From: Balamuthia mandrillaris
Taxonomy: Eukaryota
Assembly (NCBI GenBank): GCA_031835245.2
Contig: JAVKOQ020000065.1
Coordinates: forward strand, 1-64,000
Reading direction: 5' to 3'
DNA: 64,000 bases
Shown here: one piece after another, positions 25,501 to 38,312 of the stretch
Layout of the letters: each line of letters starts with the position of its first letter
Numbering within the stretch: the stretch's first letter is position 1
Position numbers and translations under genes: made by a program
The notes under the pieces: model-generated
The model's database searches: none
What the model saw: only the letters and a program-made list of their open reading frames with translations
Told to the model about the DNA's origin: nothing

Positions 25501-28500
25501 TCCACGAGATGAATGCGATGCTCGCCGAGGCCGATGAGGTCAGTCAGGAAGCATCTCAAATGGTGGCCCGTCTTTCGGAACAAAACACCCGTTTGGAGGG
25601 CCTCGAGGAAAAGAACAACCAAATCATCGCCAGCCTTCGCACTGACTTGGAGGCGCAACAAGCTACCAACTCAAGTATGGAGCAGCAGTTGAACGAGATG
25701 AAGACTCAGTTGGAGAATGCCGTTCGTGCGGTAGAGTTGAAAAACCAACAACTCGGTGAGGTAGAAACGGAAATGGCCAACATTCAAGAAGAGTGGCTGA
25801 AGTTTGGTAACGAAAAGGAGAGTGAGATCACCGCACTGCGCAAGCAAGTCGCTGCATTGGTTGCTCAACAGCAGGAGTACAATCGCAGCTCCTCTTCAGA
25901 TACGGAGCTGACAGAACTGCGAGAGAGATTGGAGGAGATGCAACAAGCTCGAGAGAAGGCGCAGGTTGAAGCAGAGGAACGAGAGGAGGAATGTTGCGGC
26001 CTAAGGAGGTTGCAAGAGGAGCTGCAACAAAGCGGACGTTTGTTGGAAGAGCAACTACGCATTACTCGATCTCGCCTGGAAGAACAGAACTCTAGCACAC
26101 ATGACCTAGAGTTGGAGGTGGAGAGAGTCAGGGAAGAATTGTCGGTCGCTGAAAAGGCGTTGGCGGAGACGAAGCAAAAGCTGGATGACGCTTCCACTCA
26201 CAACCTGGAACTCAAAACGAGGCTCATCAACTTGGAGATTAAAGCACAACACAAACGAGACAAACATGCAGCGAGGCTCTCGGCGTTAAACCACGCCAAT
26301 CAGAAGTTGCAGGAAGAGCTGACAGAAGCGAAGGAAGTAGCTGCTGTTGCTGCGGGAGGTAATAACAATGTCACTCGGGAGGAGTATGATGCTATTAGAG
26401 AGGAGCTTTTCGCCAAAAAGAACGAGATGGAGCGAATGAAGAGCTGTTGCGACGAGTTGGAGCGAAATGTGGAGCGATTGAAGGAAGAAAGGATGCGGCT
26501 CGAGGGGAAAGTACAAGAGATTCAGGTGCGTATTTTTTTTTTCCATAAGTATTTAGATTCGTCTAATCTTCTGTCTCTTGTTCCTTTTACCTAGTCTTCA
26601 CTTGCTGAAGATCGCGCAACGAATGAAGAGAAGAAAGAAGAGTATGAGTCTACCATCCGCGAATTACGTGACAATTTGGTTCAACTCCAACAAGCCGCCA
26701 AGCAAGAAAAAGAGGCCGATGCCATGTTGCGCTCCATGACTGAGTCGTTGCTCCAAAAGACGGAAGAGGCGGACCATTTCCGGCAACTAATGGAAGAGAA
26801 GGAGGCAAGAGTCTCGGAATTGGAACAGGAGCGTGAAAGTGCAGCCAACCGAGTCAAGAGCTTGCAGAGCGAGAAGGAGCGGTTGGAGGAGGCGCTTCAG
26901 CAACGTGAAACTAACTTTTTGGAACTGAATCATAACGCAGAGAAGGAAAAGGAAGTTCTCTGTCGAAGGCTGGAAGAGGAATGTACGGAGAAGGAGAGCG
27001 CTGCAGCCCAAATGAAACTGATAAAGAAGGCTTGGGATGAGCTCATGGACGAGCATAACACACTCCGGAAGCGGTACGAAGCCGTCTCCCAAGAAATGGA
27101 GCAACTGAAAACACAGCATCAGAATGCTCTGGTCGAATTGGAGCGACACCAACGAGAAAGAGACCAGCAAGAGAAAGAGAATGTAGATTCCTCTTCAGTA
27201 CCTTTTTCTGTTGTGGCAGAGCTGGAAGCCACAATCGCTCAGTTCAAGAGCGACCTCGCCAAGAAGAGCAAGGAATGCGAGGCATGGAAGAAACAAGCCA
27301 CCGAAGGTTCCCAAAAGATCCATGAGGAGCTCGCCGAAATCGAGGCATGTCTTCAGTCCCTACACAAGGAGCGAAACCAGGCCCTCGCCAATTTGAAGGA
27401 GAAGGAGGACGAGGTCTCGCGTCTCACGGAGCAAAACGTGGAAATCGCACGCAACCTCCAGAAACACATTCTCGCCCTGCAGAGTAAGAGCTCCGAAACG
27501 GAGAGCATTCATGTCAAGCTGTCGGAGAGTGAGCGACTGCAGTCGGTGTTGAGAGAGCAAGTGGCGGCATTGACGAGACAACTGGAGCACGCTTCTTCAC
27601 AGGAAAGGCAAGCGAAAGAGGACAAGGGAAAGGAGAGAAAGCTGGCCGCTCAAGTGAATTCTTTGGAGGAATCGCTGCAAGAGAAATCGAGGCAATGCGA
27701 AACTCTTGCGCAACAATTGGAAGAGCAGAGAAAGAAGAGTTCCACAAAGGCGAAGGAAGATGCTAAGGAAGACAGCAGAGGAGAAAGAGAAGAATTGACC
27801 AAGTTATTGAAGCAGAAGGAGGAGGAGGTGGCGGAGATGGCTATGCGCTACGATGAGCTTATCGCCAAGAACAGAAAGTTTGAGAAGCAGATGGCTCAAT
27901 TGGACTCCAAAGTGAAGCGACTGCAGAGGCAGCTCAATAAGGCCAAATCAGTTATTACCTCGGAAGACAACAATGCTCCTTCCTCTTCTTCCACGAAAGT
28001 GGAGAGCGAGGAGGAAGAAAAGAAGAGCGCGCCCACAACCCTTCCTCCCAGTCGCATCCCGAAGCCTTCTTCAGCTTCTCACCGAACAGAACAGATCATG
28101 ATGATGCAGCAACGAGTCGGAACTCCAACAAGAGAGAAACCGATATACAAGCCAGCTTCTCACACAACCACTCTGGCATCACCGCTTCCTTCTTCATCTA
28201 AACACGTTATTCACAGCCCGTTTGCTGTTTCTTCTTCTTCTTTGCAAAGTCCTCAAAAGCGGCCTCCATCTGCAAAGAGAGCCAGAAAAGACTCCATCTC
28301 CTCTTCTTCTTCATCATCCGAAAAACGGTCTCTGTCTCATAAAGAAAATGTTCCGTTGACAACGCAGGATGCTGCTTTGTTGTCTGGTCGAGGGTTGAGA
28401 AAGACGCATCGCCTGAGCAAAGGTGGCACCTCTCTCATCAACGCATCCACAAACATACCATCCTCTTCGTCCTCATCCGCTGCTTCCGCTTGTGGAGCGG

Positions 28501-28619
28501 CAGCAGCAGCCACAACCATGCAATCATCCTCCTCATCGGTGTCAAAGAAGCGCCCGCGGAAGAGTATATCGTCCGTCGGTGCCCCTACCGCTGAAGATGG
28601 CAATTGTCCTGTTCAATAA
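22526..28619 (+). CDS. Very long coiled-coil protein (~1,880 aa), CENP-F-like, C-terminal CaaX (CPVQ)
   Basis: About 6 exons of heptad-rich sequence; N-terminus LPSRARSK-DLEEELDELRRQFSQKKNQCDSLEA; KEN boxes; ends EDGNCPVQ. Confidence 0.75.
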
Positions 28620-29218
28620 ATTAAAAAAAATAAAAACAAACATTTAAAACCCCTTCACGGTAGAGCAAGGAGGCCAGCGAGCCAGAACCTTGGCCGAAAC
28701 ACTTGTTGCCAGTGTTTTTTTTTAGAAGATGTGCAAGGTAACGTCGTTGGGTGAACGCGTGCTGTTTTTTTTTGAAATCCACCACAGAAGCTTTCCGTTT
28801 GCTTTCCTTTTATTAACCTGTTGCTGTTTTTGCGCTGTTTCGGTATTACGGTATTACTGTTTTAATGAGTGTTGGTTTAAATAAGTTTTTTGCCGTCTCA
28901 TTACTTTTGCTGGAGTAAACAGTTTGGTCTCTTCCCTGTTGATCATTAGCAGTGTTGTGCAGCGACAATCACTCACCAACCCTAGTTTGCCGCTTTGTTT
29001 GTGCGCTTTGCTTTCCTAGGGATTCATCAAAAAGTAAAATAGCCTATTGCGCATGTTCGCCTCTTGCCACAGGAACCTGATGAACCGGAAACGACCTCAT
29101 TTCGACTCCTTCTCACACTATGCCGTAACGGACGTTAAGGCTTGTGATTCCCTTCAACTCATTACTTGAAACACACCACACCAACAAGACACACAGGGAG
29201 ACCAGCAGCAGCAAAAGA

Positions 29219-30783
29219 ATGGTGGTGAAGCAGAGCAGCAGGGATCTGTTTCTGTTGGTGGTGAGCACTTCTTTGGTGCTTTCTTGCCTCAACTCTCAGT
29301 TTGTACTGTTAGTAAATGCCCAAACGTGTGAACCATGGAATGGGCTTCCGGAGTTATGCAGCAAGTTACCTGGTTATTCTGGTACCATCTCTCTTGTTCT
29401 CCTGTCAGTTGAACACCTCCCCTTTAACCCTCTCTTTCATCCTCAGCCGAAAAGGTCTGGATTTATCTTCCTGCGAACACATCCCTCTCATACCATCAAA
29501 CAGTGGTGAGTACCTACATCAACATTTTCGGTTCCGCCACCTTCAACGACCCATTTGCGGAGTACTGCAACAACCGCTACCTCATGTTGGCATGTGCCTC
29601 CTTTCTGAGGCCCTGCGAGACCGCCATCGACGCAGCAACCGGAGAGACGGTTCCGTTGCTGATCCCTCGACAACCCTGTCGGGACCTCTGCTTGGAGTAC
29701 AACATTCCTGAATGTAAAGTTGTGGCGAATGGAGTCGGTGTTCGTCCTGGTGAAGGCTTGTATTATCCTCCTGGCTACGATGCTCCAATTTCTTGCTTCA
29801 ACGAGACAGAACGCAATGGCGTTCCGTTCTACCTGGATGGGAATGCTACCAATACGGTAAACATAGGCCAGTGGTTAAAGGATGAAGACATTCCTGACGG
29901 AAGGAGTGCAGACGAGGAATTCAACATGACGTGTAACGCCATGACCATTAATGATTTTGTGGGTTTGACCTGTGAGGAACCCCTAGAGATGGATAGCGCT
30001 AACAACCGCTGTGCTTTCGAGTGCCCGTTGCCAGCATACAGCGAGGAGCAATATGACAACATCAAGATTATCCAGCTGACCTTTGGGTGGCTGTCTTGGG
30101 TTCGTTTGCTTTATTTTCTCGTGCTCTCGTTAACATATTTATGCTCTCTCCTTACCCTTTCCCTTTCCCTCTCCCTCTCCGTCTCCCTCTTCTCTTGGTT
30201 TCAATTAACGTTGTGCCCTTGTAGGTGGGTAGTTTGTTAGTAGCGCTATCTTACGCAGTTCATCCAAAGCTTCGGTCTTTTCCTGCCAATCTCATCCTAA
30301 TGACCTCAGTGGCCACCAACATTGCCACATTTGCCCTTATCCTTCCTTCCTTTGCTACCTATGAAAAGACGTGGTGTGGGGTGGATGGAGCCTATCTCGT
30401 TCCCTCGATGATAGTGGATTACGACGTGGTAGCATTTTTCAAGATAGAAGAATTGTTAGTAAAGAGCGAGTTGTGCAGCTTTCAAGGATTTGTGTTGATG
30501 TTTGGATTCTTATCAACGACCATGTGGTGGGTCATTATTTCGTTCAACATGTTCCTCACCGTACGTGCTTCTTCTGTTTCGTCCTGTCGGGACCTTTATT
30601 AACCTTGGTTTTGCATATGTTCATTTCCCAAAGGTGTATTTTAAAAACAAACTGCCCAACAGCAAAGCATGGGATGTGGGATTGCAGGTGGCCTATCATG
30701 TGGTTGGATGGGCGCTGCCGTTCGTACTAACCCTCGTTCCAACAGCTGCGGACCGAATGGCCTTTGGTCCTGGAGACACCTTG

Positions 30784-30834
<51 letters not shown>

Positions 30835-31469
30835 CTCTGGGCACTTTATTCATAACTGCGCATTACAGTTGCTTTGTATCACCGGAGGACAACAGAGCAT
30901 ATTTTATCACCTTCTGGGCGTTGCCAGTGGCCCTAGCTCTTATCATTGGCCTCATCCTGTTCATCGCCGCCATCGGACGGATCCTCTACTTTGCTGTCTC
31001 CTTGGGAGAAGGCAAGAAGGCCTGCGTCACGTACTATCGCCTCGGGCTGTTCATCTTGATTTTCATGATAGTCTACGCTTTCATCTTCGCCTACACGCTT
31101 CGTGTCTCCACCAACGAGGACACCATTGAGGACGGCTATAGCACCTACTTTGAGTGCTTGGTCTCTCCCATTGCTGTGCGTGACAACTCCTTGGTGGAGG
31201 ACTGCACGCTGGGCGACGACGTGAGCAACTATCACTTGGCCGCATTGAAAGGCTTTGCCTATGCTGTCTTGGGCTTCCTGTTGTTCCTGAACTTTTGCGT
31301 GTCGGAGGCAGTGGGCAAGATGTGGTGGAAGCTCTTCAAGGGATTTGCTCGTGGTACGTTCCCTTCTTCCTTAATGCCCACCGAGACGAGCCGGAAGAGC
31401 AAGAGCAAGACCAAGACCAAGACAACGGACAAGCTAACCATGTCGATGGAAAGCGTTGTGGAGCCATAA
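29219..31469 (+). CDS. Frizzled/smoothened-like GPCR (signal peptide, Cys-rich domain, 7TM)
   Basis: Signal peptide; CRD-like CEPW..C..LACASFLRPC..PRQPCRDLC; TM motifs FPANLILM, CSFQG..FGFLSTTMWW, YHVVGWALP, CFV. Confidence 0.85.
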
Positions 31470-31500
31470 TATAAAGTTTATGTACAAAGAAAGTTTAAAC

Positions 31501-31947
31501 TTAGTCAGTGTACCACCAAGTCCGCGAGTACTTTCCTCCGCCGCAGTCGTCGCACGGGCCACACGCCCAGCTGCACCAATAGGGTCCAATGCGGAGTACA
31601 TCAGGCCAGAGGAACGACAAGGGGAGGAGTATCGGATAGCAAACACACATGGCGTCCGCTTCGTCTGCTCCCGTCCGGCAACAGAAGTTGCGACCACAAC
31701 AAACGTCCCTGTTTTCGGGCTCCGGGGCACCACCGCACACCCCACAATAGGGAATGGGCGGTCCGATCATGGTGTCGCCCATGATGTCCATGGTTCCCAG
31801 GGTCACCAGAGGGCAGCAGCCGGGGATGTAAAGCGGCGCAATGCTTTGATCTGTGACTGAAAGTTTCAAACCACCAATCAAAAATCAAAACAGAGGCTTA
31901 AACTTACCATAAAAAGGCCTTTTCTGTTGTCTTTTTCTTTGTCTCAT
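31501..31947 (-). CDS. Small cysteine-rich protein (~131 aa) of unknown function, 2 exons
   Basis: Exon 1 MRQRKRQQKRPFY, GTAAGT donor at 31907, in-frame exon 2 VTDQSIAPLYIPGCC...WWYTD; 14 Cys. Confidence 0.6.
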
Positions 31948-32232
31948 CTCTAGCAGAGATCTTTCACGTCGACAAAAATTCATTGCTCCGCTTTAGCCGG
32001 GGATGCCTTCATCTTGGTCCCTTGCTTGCATTACCGACCCTTTCAATTTTTGATTTTTGATTGGCGATTGGTTGAGATCAACAATCTTTCAATCGAAATT
32101 TCATTTACGTTATCTTGGAATTTCATTCACTTTTCTCTCAGTTTTATCCAAATTTTATTGAAAAAATAAAAAAATAAAATAGAAAAAAATAACAAAATAA
32201 ACAAAACAAAAAGCTACACACACACACAAAAC

Positions 32233-33877
32233 ATGGAAGCCAAAACAGGAGAGAAGAGGAAAAAGCCAGAGACCGATGACGGTGGGGCCACAAAGGGGCA
32301 AGCCAAAGCAGAGAAAGGAAAAGGGACAGCAAAGGGAGAGGTTGCAGCTTCATCCTCCTCCACCAAACGGGCCAGAAACTATCACACCTGGACGGAACTG
32401 CTGGAGAACACGCCCGTGGTCGAGGTGTGCCCCAAATCCAAGCCGTTGATCGTTCTGCAGGCCACAACCACCTTGGAAACAGCTCTATCGGTACCCATTG
32501 CTCTGCCATGTTTTTTTTGTTTTTTTTTTTAATTTTTTGCTTTTGCTTTTATTTTATTTATATTTTTTTGTTATATTATTTATTTACCCAATTTTATTTA
32601 TTTTTTATTTTATTTTTTTGAAAAGCATTTCTCTTCTTCTTTTCTTTTCTATTTTTCTCCTCACAAAAAAAAAAATAATAATTTTTATTTTTAAAAAAAC
32701 AGACATTGGCAGAGAACAACATTCTGTCGGCGCCGGTGGTGGAGAGCAAAGAGAAGCCCGATTTCTTGGGGTTTGTGGACGTGCTAGACGTGACAGGCTA
32801 TGTGGTTCGTTCCTGGAGGCACAATCCCGACAGGTTTGACGACGCTGACTTTGTGAAGCAAAACCTCTTCCAGGAGCACATTCGCAAAGTTTTGAGTAGG
32901 ATTGTTGCTCTGCTTTCTTCCTTTCTTCTCTCGATCATTCTTCATTCTTTCTTCTCCTTTTCTTTCTTCTTTCTTCTTTCAAAACGTCATTCTTTCTTCA
33001 CTCTCTGGTTGAGATGATAACACTAACCTTTCTCTTTTTATGTTATAGACTTTTCTCGAGTGGATGATGCTGTAGTCATTGATGAGGCATCCAGCGTTGC
33101 GGATGCGATTCGCGTGTTCACCGACCCGGAAAAGTATCACCACCATCACAGAGGAAGCGTTCATAGGATCGCCTTGATGAATGCCGAAACCAAAGCCATC
33201 ACCAATATCGTCAGTCAGTCCGATATCATCGCTTTCGCCCACCGCAATTCTGACTTGTTGCCGAATGTACTTTCTCACTTCTCTTTCTTGTTTCAGTATA
33301 TTTAAGACTGACTTTGTTGTTTAAAAAAATGACAGGCAAACAAGACCTTGGAGGAGTTGCGAGTAATGCACGCTAACATCTTGGTCCGCGTTGACAGTCC
33401 TTTCATAGACGCGCTTGAGATCCTTTATATGAACCGAGTAAGTGGCATATGCCTGGTCGACCAGGAGTCCAGGGTCTCTGGCAATCTGAGTGCCAGCGAT
33501 CTCAGAGTTTGTTGCTCTTCATTCATTTTATGGTTTTTCTTACTTGCTAATGGATAGCTTTTTTTGAACCAACCAGAGCATTACACCTGATTCGTTCAAG
33601 TTCTTCCTTGGCTCCACGCTCCAGTTTCTGGTGAAAGGCACAAAGGTATTCACCATCTTCCTCGTTACTTTAGTTACTCGCTTCAAACACTCAAGTGCTT
33701 CTCTCATTTTAGAGCAAGCTGGGTGCTCCGGTATCTTGCCAACGAAACACCGCTTTGAAGGACGCTCTGGCACTGCTGGTGGAAAACCACGTGCATCGCA
33801 TCTTTGTGGTGGATCGTAATGATCATACGCAAGGCGTAGTTACCCTCTCTGACCTCCTTCCACTCATGCGGGCTTGA
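32233..33877 (+). CDS. Four-CBS-domain protein (SDS23/AMPK-gamma-like)
   Basis: LAENNILSAPVV..FLGFVDVLDV, VHRIALM..IVSQSDIIAF, VSGICLVD..SGNLSASDLR, VHRIFVVD..GVVTLSDLL. Confidence 0.88.
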
Positions 33878-33914
33878 CTTTAAATAAACAGTTAAAAGAA
33901 TAAAGGCTTTTGTC

Positions 33915-34215
33915 GAAGAAGAACAAGAAGAAGAAGAAGAAGAAGAAGAAGAAGAAGAAGAAGAACAAGAAGAAGAAGAAGAAGAAGAAGAAGAAGAAGA
34001 AGAAGAAGAAGAAGAACAAGAACAAGAAGAACAAGAAGAACAAGAAGAAGAAGAAGAAGAAGAAGAAGAAGAACAAGAACAAGAAGAAGAAGAAGAAGAA
34101 GAAGAAGAACAAGAACAAGAAGAACAAGAGAAGAAGAAGAAGAAGAAGAAGAAGAAGAACAAGAACAAGAACAAGAACAAGAACAAGAAGAAGAACAAGA
34201 ACAAGAAGACCAAGA
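33915..34215. repeat. (AAG/AAC)n microsatellite between convergent CBS and GNAT-PX genes
   Basis: About 300 bp of mixed trinucleotide repeat. Confidence 0.9.
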
Positions 34216-34266
34216 ACAAAAAACATCGCTATTTGTGTTTTAGTTGATTAGCTTTATAAAAGTGGG

Positions 34267-37200
34267 TCAGCGCTTGACAACACGATCTGTGGAGAGAAAG
34301 TGTTTGAAGGCATTGGACATAGTGACTTGTGGGAAACCCGCGAGACCTTGAAGGTAAGTCTGCAGGGCTTGCTTTCGTTGCTCCACGAAAGAGGCGCTCA
34401 TGTTGCTGATAAACTTTTTCTTTGGGAATGGAGGCAGAATATCTTTGGATACCATTTTTTGTAACTAGGTTTTGTTTTCGAAGTAATGTGTCAAAAGTTG
34501 CAAGAGAGAGAAGCAAGAAGCAGGAAGAGAGGGGAGAGAACAAGATAGGAGAGAGGAGGGGAGAAAGAGAGACGAGAAAGAAGAGAACATACGTCTTTAT
34601 GGAGGTTAAAGAATTGGCTGTATCGCTTTGCAACGAGATAGCTTGTATCTGCTCCCATTCTTATCTCTACAACATAAATCTGAACGAAAAAACAACAAAA
34701 AAATGAGTTTTATGGAGAGAAAAAAAGAGTGAGTTTTCCTTCTTCAGTATGGCACGTACAGTATAAGGGCTGCCCTCTCGCTTCGCGGTATGTGTGGAAA
34801 TAATCTCAAGGCTTATCTCCTCTTCCTCGTTATCCCGCTGTTGTTGTGGTGGTGCACCTCTTGAAGAAGGCGGTGACGATGGTGACGATGGTGGCGATAG
34901 TGCGGATGGTGACGGAGTTGGTTGCAGCGGAGCGAAACCAGGTAATATCATTCCACCAACGGGTACCGAGAGTCGAGGATTGTTTGCGTTAGCTGTTTTG
35001 GCACCAGTAGAAGCAGGAGCGGAAGGATGAGGCATTTGTGCTCCTTTTCTTTCATTATTATTGGCGTTCGTCATGTTGTTATTGGTTGTAGGAGCGGCGG
35101 CGGCGGAAGCAGCAATTACAGCAGCGCTTCTAGAAGAGACCTGTCGAGATTGTTGTCTTCCTTTGCGTTGGGTTGGAAGCCGCTTCTTTGTGTTCATTGG
35201 TCGAGACATGGTCGCATGTTGCAAGCGACCACTTTTCTGTGGAGGGGCAGGTGCTTTGGTCCCTGTTGCAGCAACGTTTCTAGAAGAGGATGGACCTCGA
35301 GCGCTCCCCGTCTTGTTGGTTTGGTAATACATGGAGAAGATGGGTTGAGCGCCAGAAGCGGGAGGCGCCTGTCCTCCTTCACCACCTCTTTGAATGGTTT
35401 TCGCGAGCAGCTCCGCGAACCGCTTCTTGTCTTCCGGATTCAAGTATCGATGACCCATTGGTCCTCCGCCGCCTCCTCCTGCTACACTAACACCTCCTCC
35501 TCTTCCACCTGGTTGGCCTCCTCTTCCTCCTCCTCTTCCTCCTATACCGCTACCACCACGAACAGGTTGTTGTCCTCTTCCTATTCCACTTCCTCCACCT
35601 CTTCCAATACCACTTCCGCCACCTCTGCTTATTCCATGAACGACAGCGCTGTTGTTAGCTGATGACGAGATAGAGGAGGCAGGTGGTAGCATGGCACTAA
35701 TGCTACTTCCTCTGCGGCTGTTGTTGGCGACGGCGGTGGCTATAGCGGAAGCGGGAGGTACAGGTCTTCGTCCTGTGACGCCCACTGCTTGTTGCTGCTG
35801 TTGTTCTTGTTCTTTTTCGCTGCTGGCTGTAGCAGAAGATGATGTTTCAGCAGAAGAGGTGGCTGATGACAAGGACGATGGTTTTTGTGAAGGAAGTGGA
35901 GGAGGTGGTTTGGAAGGAGGTTGACGTGAACTATTTTCTTCTGCTGTTGTTGAAGTTGTTTCAGCTTCTTTTTCTTTGGGAGATATTGCTTCATACGTAG
36001 AAGAAGCTACATTGTTGTTGTTCTCTTCGTCTAATATTTGGTTGAACAACTCGATTTCAGCATCTTCTGTGTCGCTATCACTCAAAGCCAGATTGGCAGC
36101 TGTGTCGTCTTCGTTGGTCGGTCCCATTCCAGTATCGTTTAAGTTATAGACATTATAGTACATTTCTAGGCAGAATCCCAAGTCCGTTAAATACTTGTAG
36201 TTTCGCACTGGTATCTTGGGATCCTCCAGCACATACACGAAACATATTCCACCTTCTTTGTTTTGTTTTGTTTTGTTTTGTTTTGTTTTGTTTTGTTTTG
36301 TTTTGTTTTGTTTTGTTTTGTTTTGTTTTGTTTTGTTTTGTTTTGTTTTGTTTTGTTTAGCAATTCTTCGTGTTAGCAAAATAGCAGGCTGGAATGAAGA
36401 AGGGAACGAGAACGAGAACGAGAACGAGAACGAGAACGAGAACGAGAACGAGAACGAGAACGAGAACGAGAACGAGAACGAGAACGAGAACGAGAACGAG
36501 AACGAGAACGAGAACGAGAACGAGAACGAGAACGAGAACGAGAACGAGAACGAGAACGAGAACGAGAACGAGAACGAGAACGAGAACGAGAACGAGAACG
36601 AGAACGAGAACGAGAACGAGAACGAGAACGAGAACGAGAACGAGAACGAGAACGAGAACGAGAACGAGAACGAGAACGAGAACGAGAACGAGAACGAGAA
36701 CGAGAACGAGAACCACAAACCATCTTCACTGTCACGTTGACCAAGTCCTTCATCGTCATCATCCAACGGCGACATCAAAAAGTGTTTCGCCACATCCGAG
36801 ACCAAAGCGCTGGCACAACCATGTCCTCTTTTCTCTTCCAACGTGTAGACGAGCGTTATTTCAGCACTGGCATCTTTTCGCACGTCACCACAAAACAATA
36901 TGGAGCAAATACTCTCCCCATCATCATCACTTCGGCTTTCCTTATCTTCCTCGTTGTTCTCCCAAAGAAAGACTTTGCCTTGTTCGATGAACGAGTTGAC
37001 AACAAAAGCACCAGCACTTGATCCCGTTCGTCCCCGTTTCGTTCTTCCTTCTTCACCACCTCTCCTTTCTTCTTCTCCTTCCTCCTCCTCCTCTTTTCTT
37101 TCTTCCTTTTGTCTTGAAGGCTTGTTGTTGTTCTCATTACTAAGTTCGGACATGTAAAGCTGATAGAGCCGAGCGACCGTTGGGGCATCTCTGGTGGTGG

Positions 37201-38024
37201 CCTTGCGGCATCTTCCCGCCGGTCGTTTGGTGCCGTCGGGGAGGCGAGGCAGGTCCTGGATGCCGTACACTCTCTGCGTGCTGCTCGAGTTATAGATGTA
37301 GCCCGTCCTGCGCGCCCAACACCGACAAAACTCACGAACGATCTTGGAGGGACCTGCCACGCTATTGTTTTTAAAAAATGAGAGAAGAAGAGAAGAAGAG
37401 AAAAAGAGAACAGAGAACAGAGGACAGAGAAAGAGATACAAGAAAAGCGAAACAAGAGAAGAGAAAAGAGAAAGAGGAAAGAGAAGAGAGAAGAGAAAAG
37501 AGAAAGAAAAGAGAAAAAGAATAGAGAACAGAGCAAACAAAGGTAATGAGAAAAATGTAGAATGAGAGTAACGTTTGATGATGAGATGAAAAAAAAAAGA
37601 AGGAAAAGTGGTTTTGTTTTCAAACCTGTTGTTGGGGAACTTGATGTCGTGATCCAACAAGTAGTCCACTGGTGCAAAAAAAATAAGTAAAAAATAGCGA
37701 TGAAGCAAAAAAAAAACGGTTATTTGGTGTACTTAAGAAAAAAAAGTAAAAAAAGAAAAGAAAAGAAAAGAAAATGGAACCGATGAGATGAACGCAGCCA
37801 GGAGGAGCGTGAAAGAGAAGGATGCGAATGTCGGTGATGTAGGCCACGATGGCGGCGGTGAGCACCTGCCCGTCCTCCTTGCTCTCCACCGTCAACATAA
37901 AGGACTGGGGCCATTCCTCCAACGGCAAGAAACTCATCAGCAGCTCTGTGAGCACGCTGCTCTGCAGGATGTGGTCCACCTTCTCCAGGTACTCTGGCCC
38001 ATTGGAGTACACCTTGATCTCCAT
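34267..38024 (-). CDS. GNAT acetyltransferase fused to low-complexity linker, CPI-like motif and C-terminal PX domain
   Basis: GNAT motif A ITLVYTLEEKRGHGCASALV and YLTDLGF; PX motifs KRYSQFFNLH, LPPFPKKKF, EQRKQALQTYL; exons join in frame. Confidence 0.78.
36257..36713. repeat. Intronic microsatellites (TTTTG)n and ~300 bp (GAGAAC)n
   Basis: Perfect tandem arrays inside a GNAT-PX intron. Confidence 0.95.
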
Positions 38025-38312
38025 CTCTTTCCCTTCCCTTCTTCCCTTCCTCTCTCTAATAAGATCTAAGGACAACGAAAAAAGAAATCTTATGATCTTT
38101 GCGCCGCCTTATTCGCGTCCCTGCTGTCGACATATATTAATTTGACCGAAAACGTGCTCCCATTGAGCACAAATCGTGGCCACGCCCCTGTCGGCAATAA
38201 TGCCACCGCACTGCTCTAATTGTGCACGATATGAGGGATATTGTCGACGAAAACGGTATTTACTGTCGACACGAAAGAAATAAAATAAAATTTCAAGTCG
38301 CGACGATGGAAG

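Noticed and set aside
34667..37708. 1013-aa ORF as a single exon
   Set aside because: It reads through stop-free microsatellite introns (FSFSFS, KQNKT); the real gene is spliced
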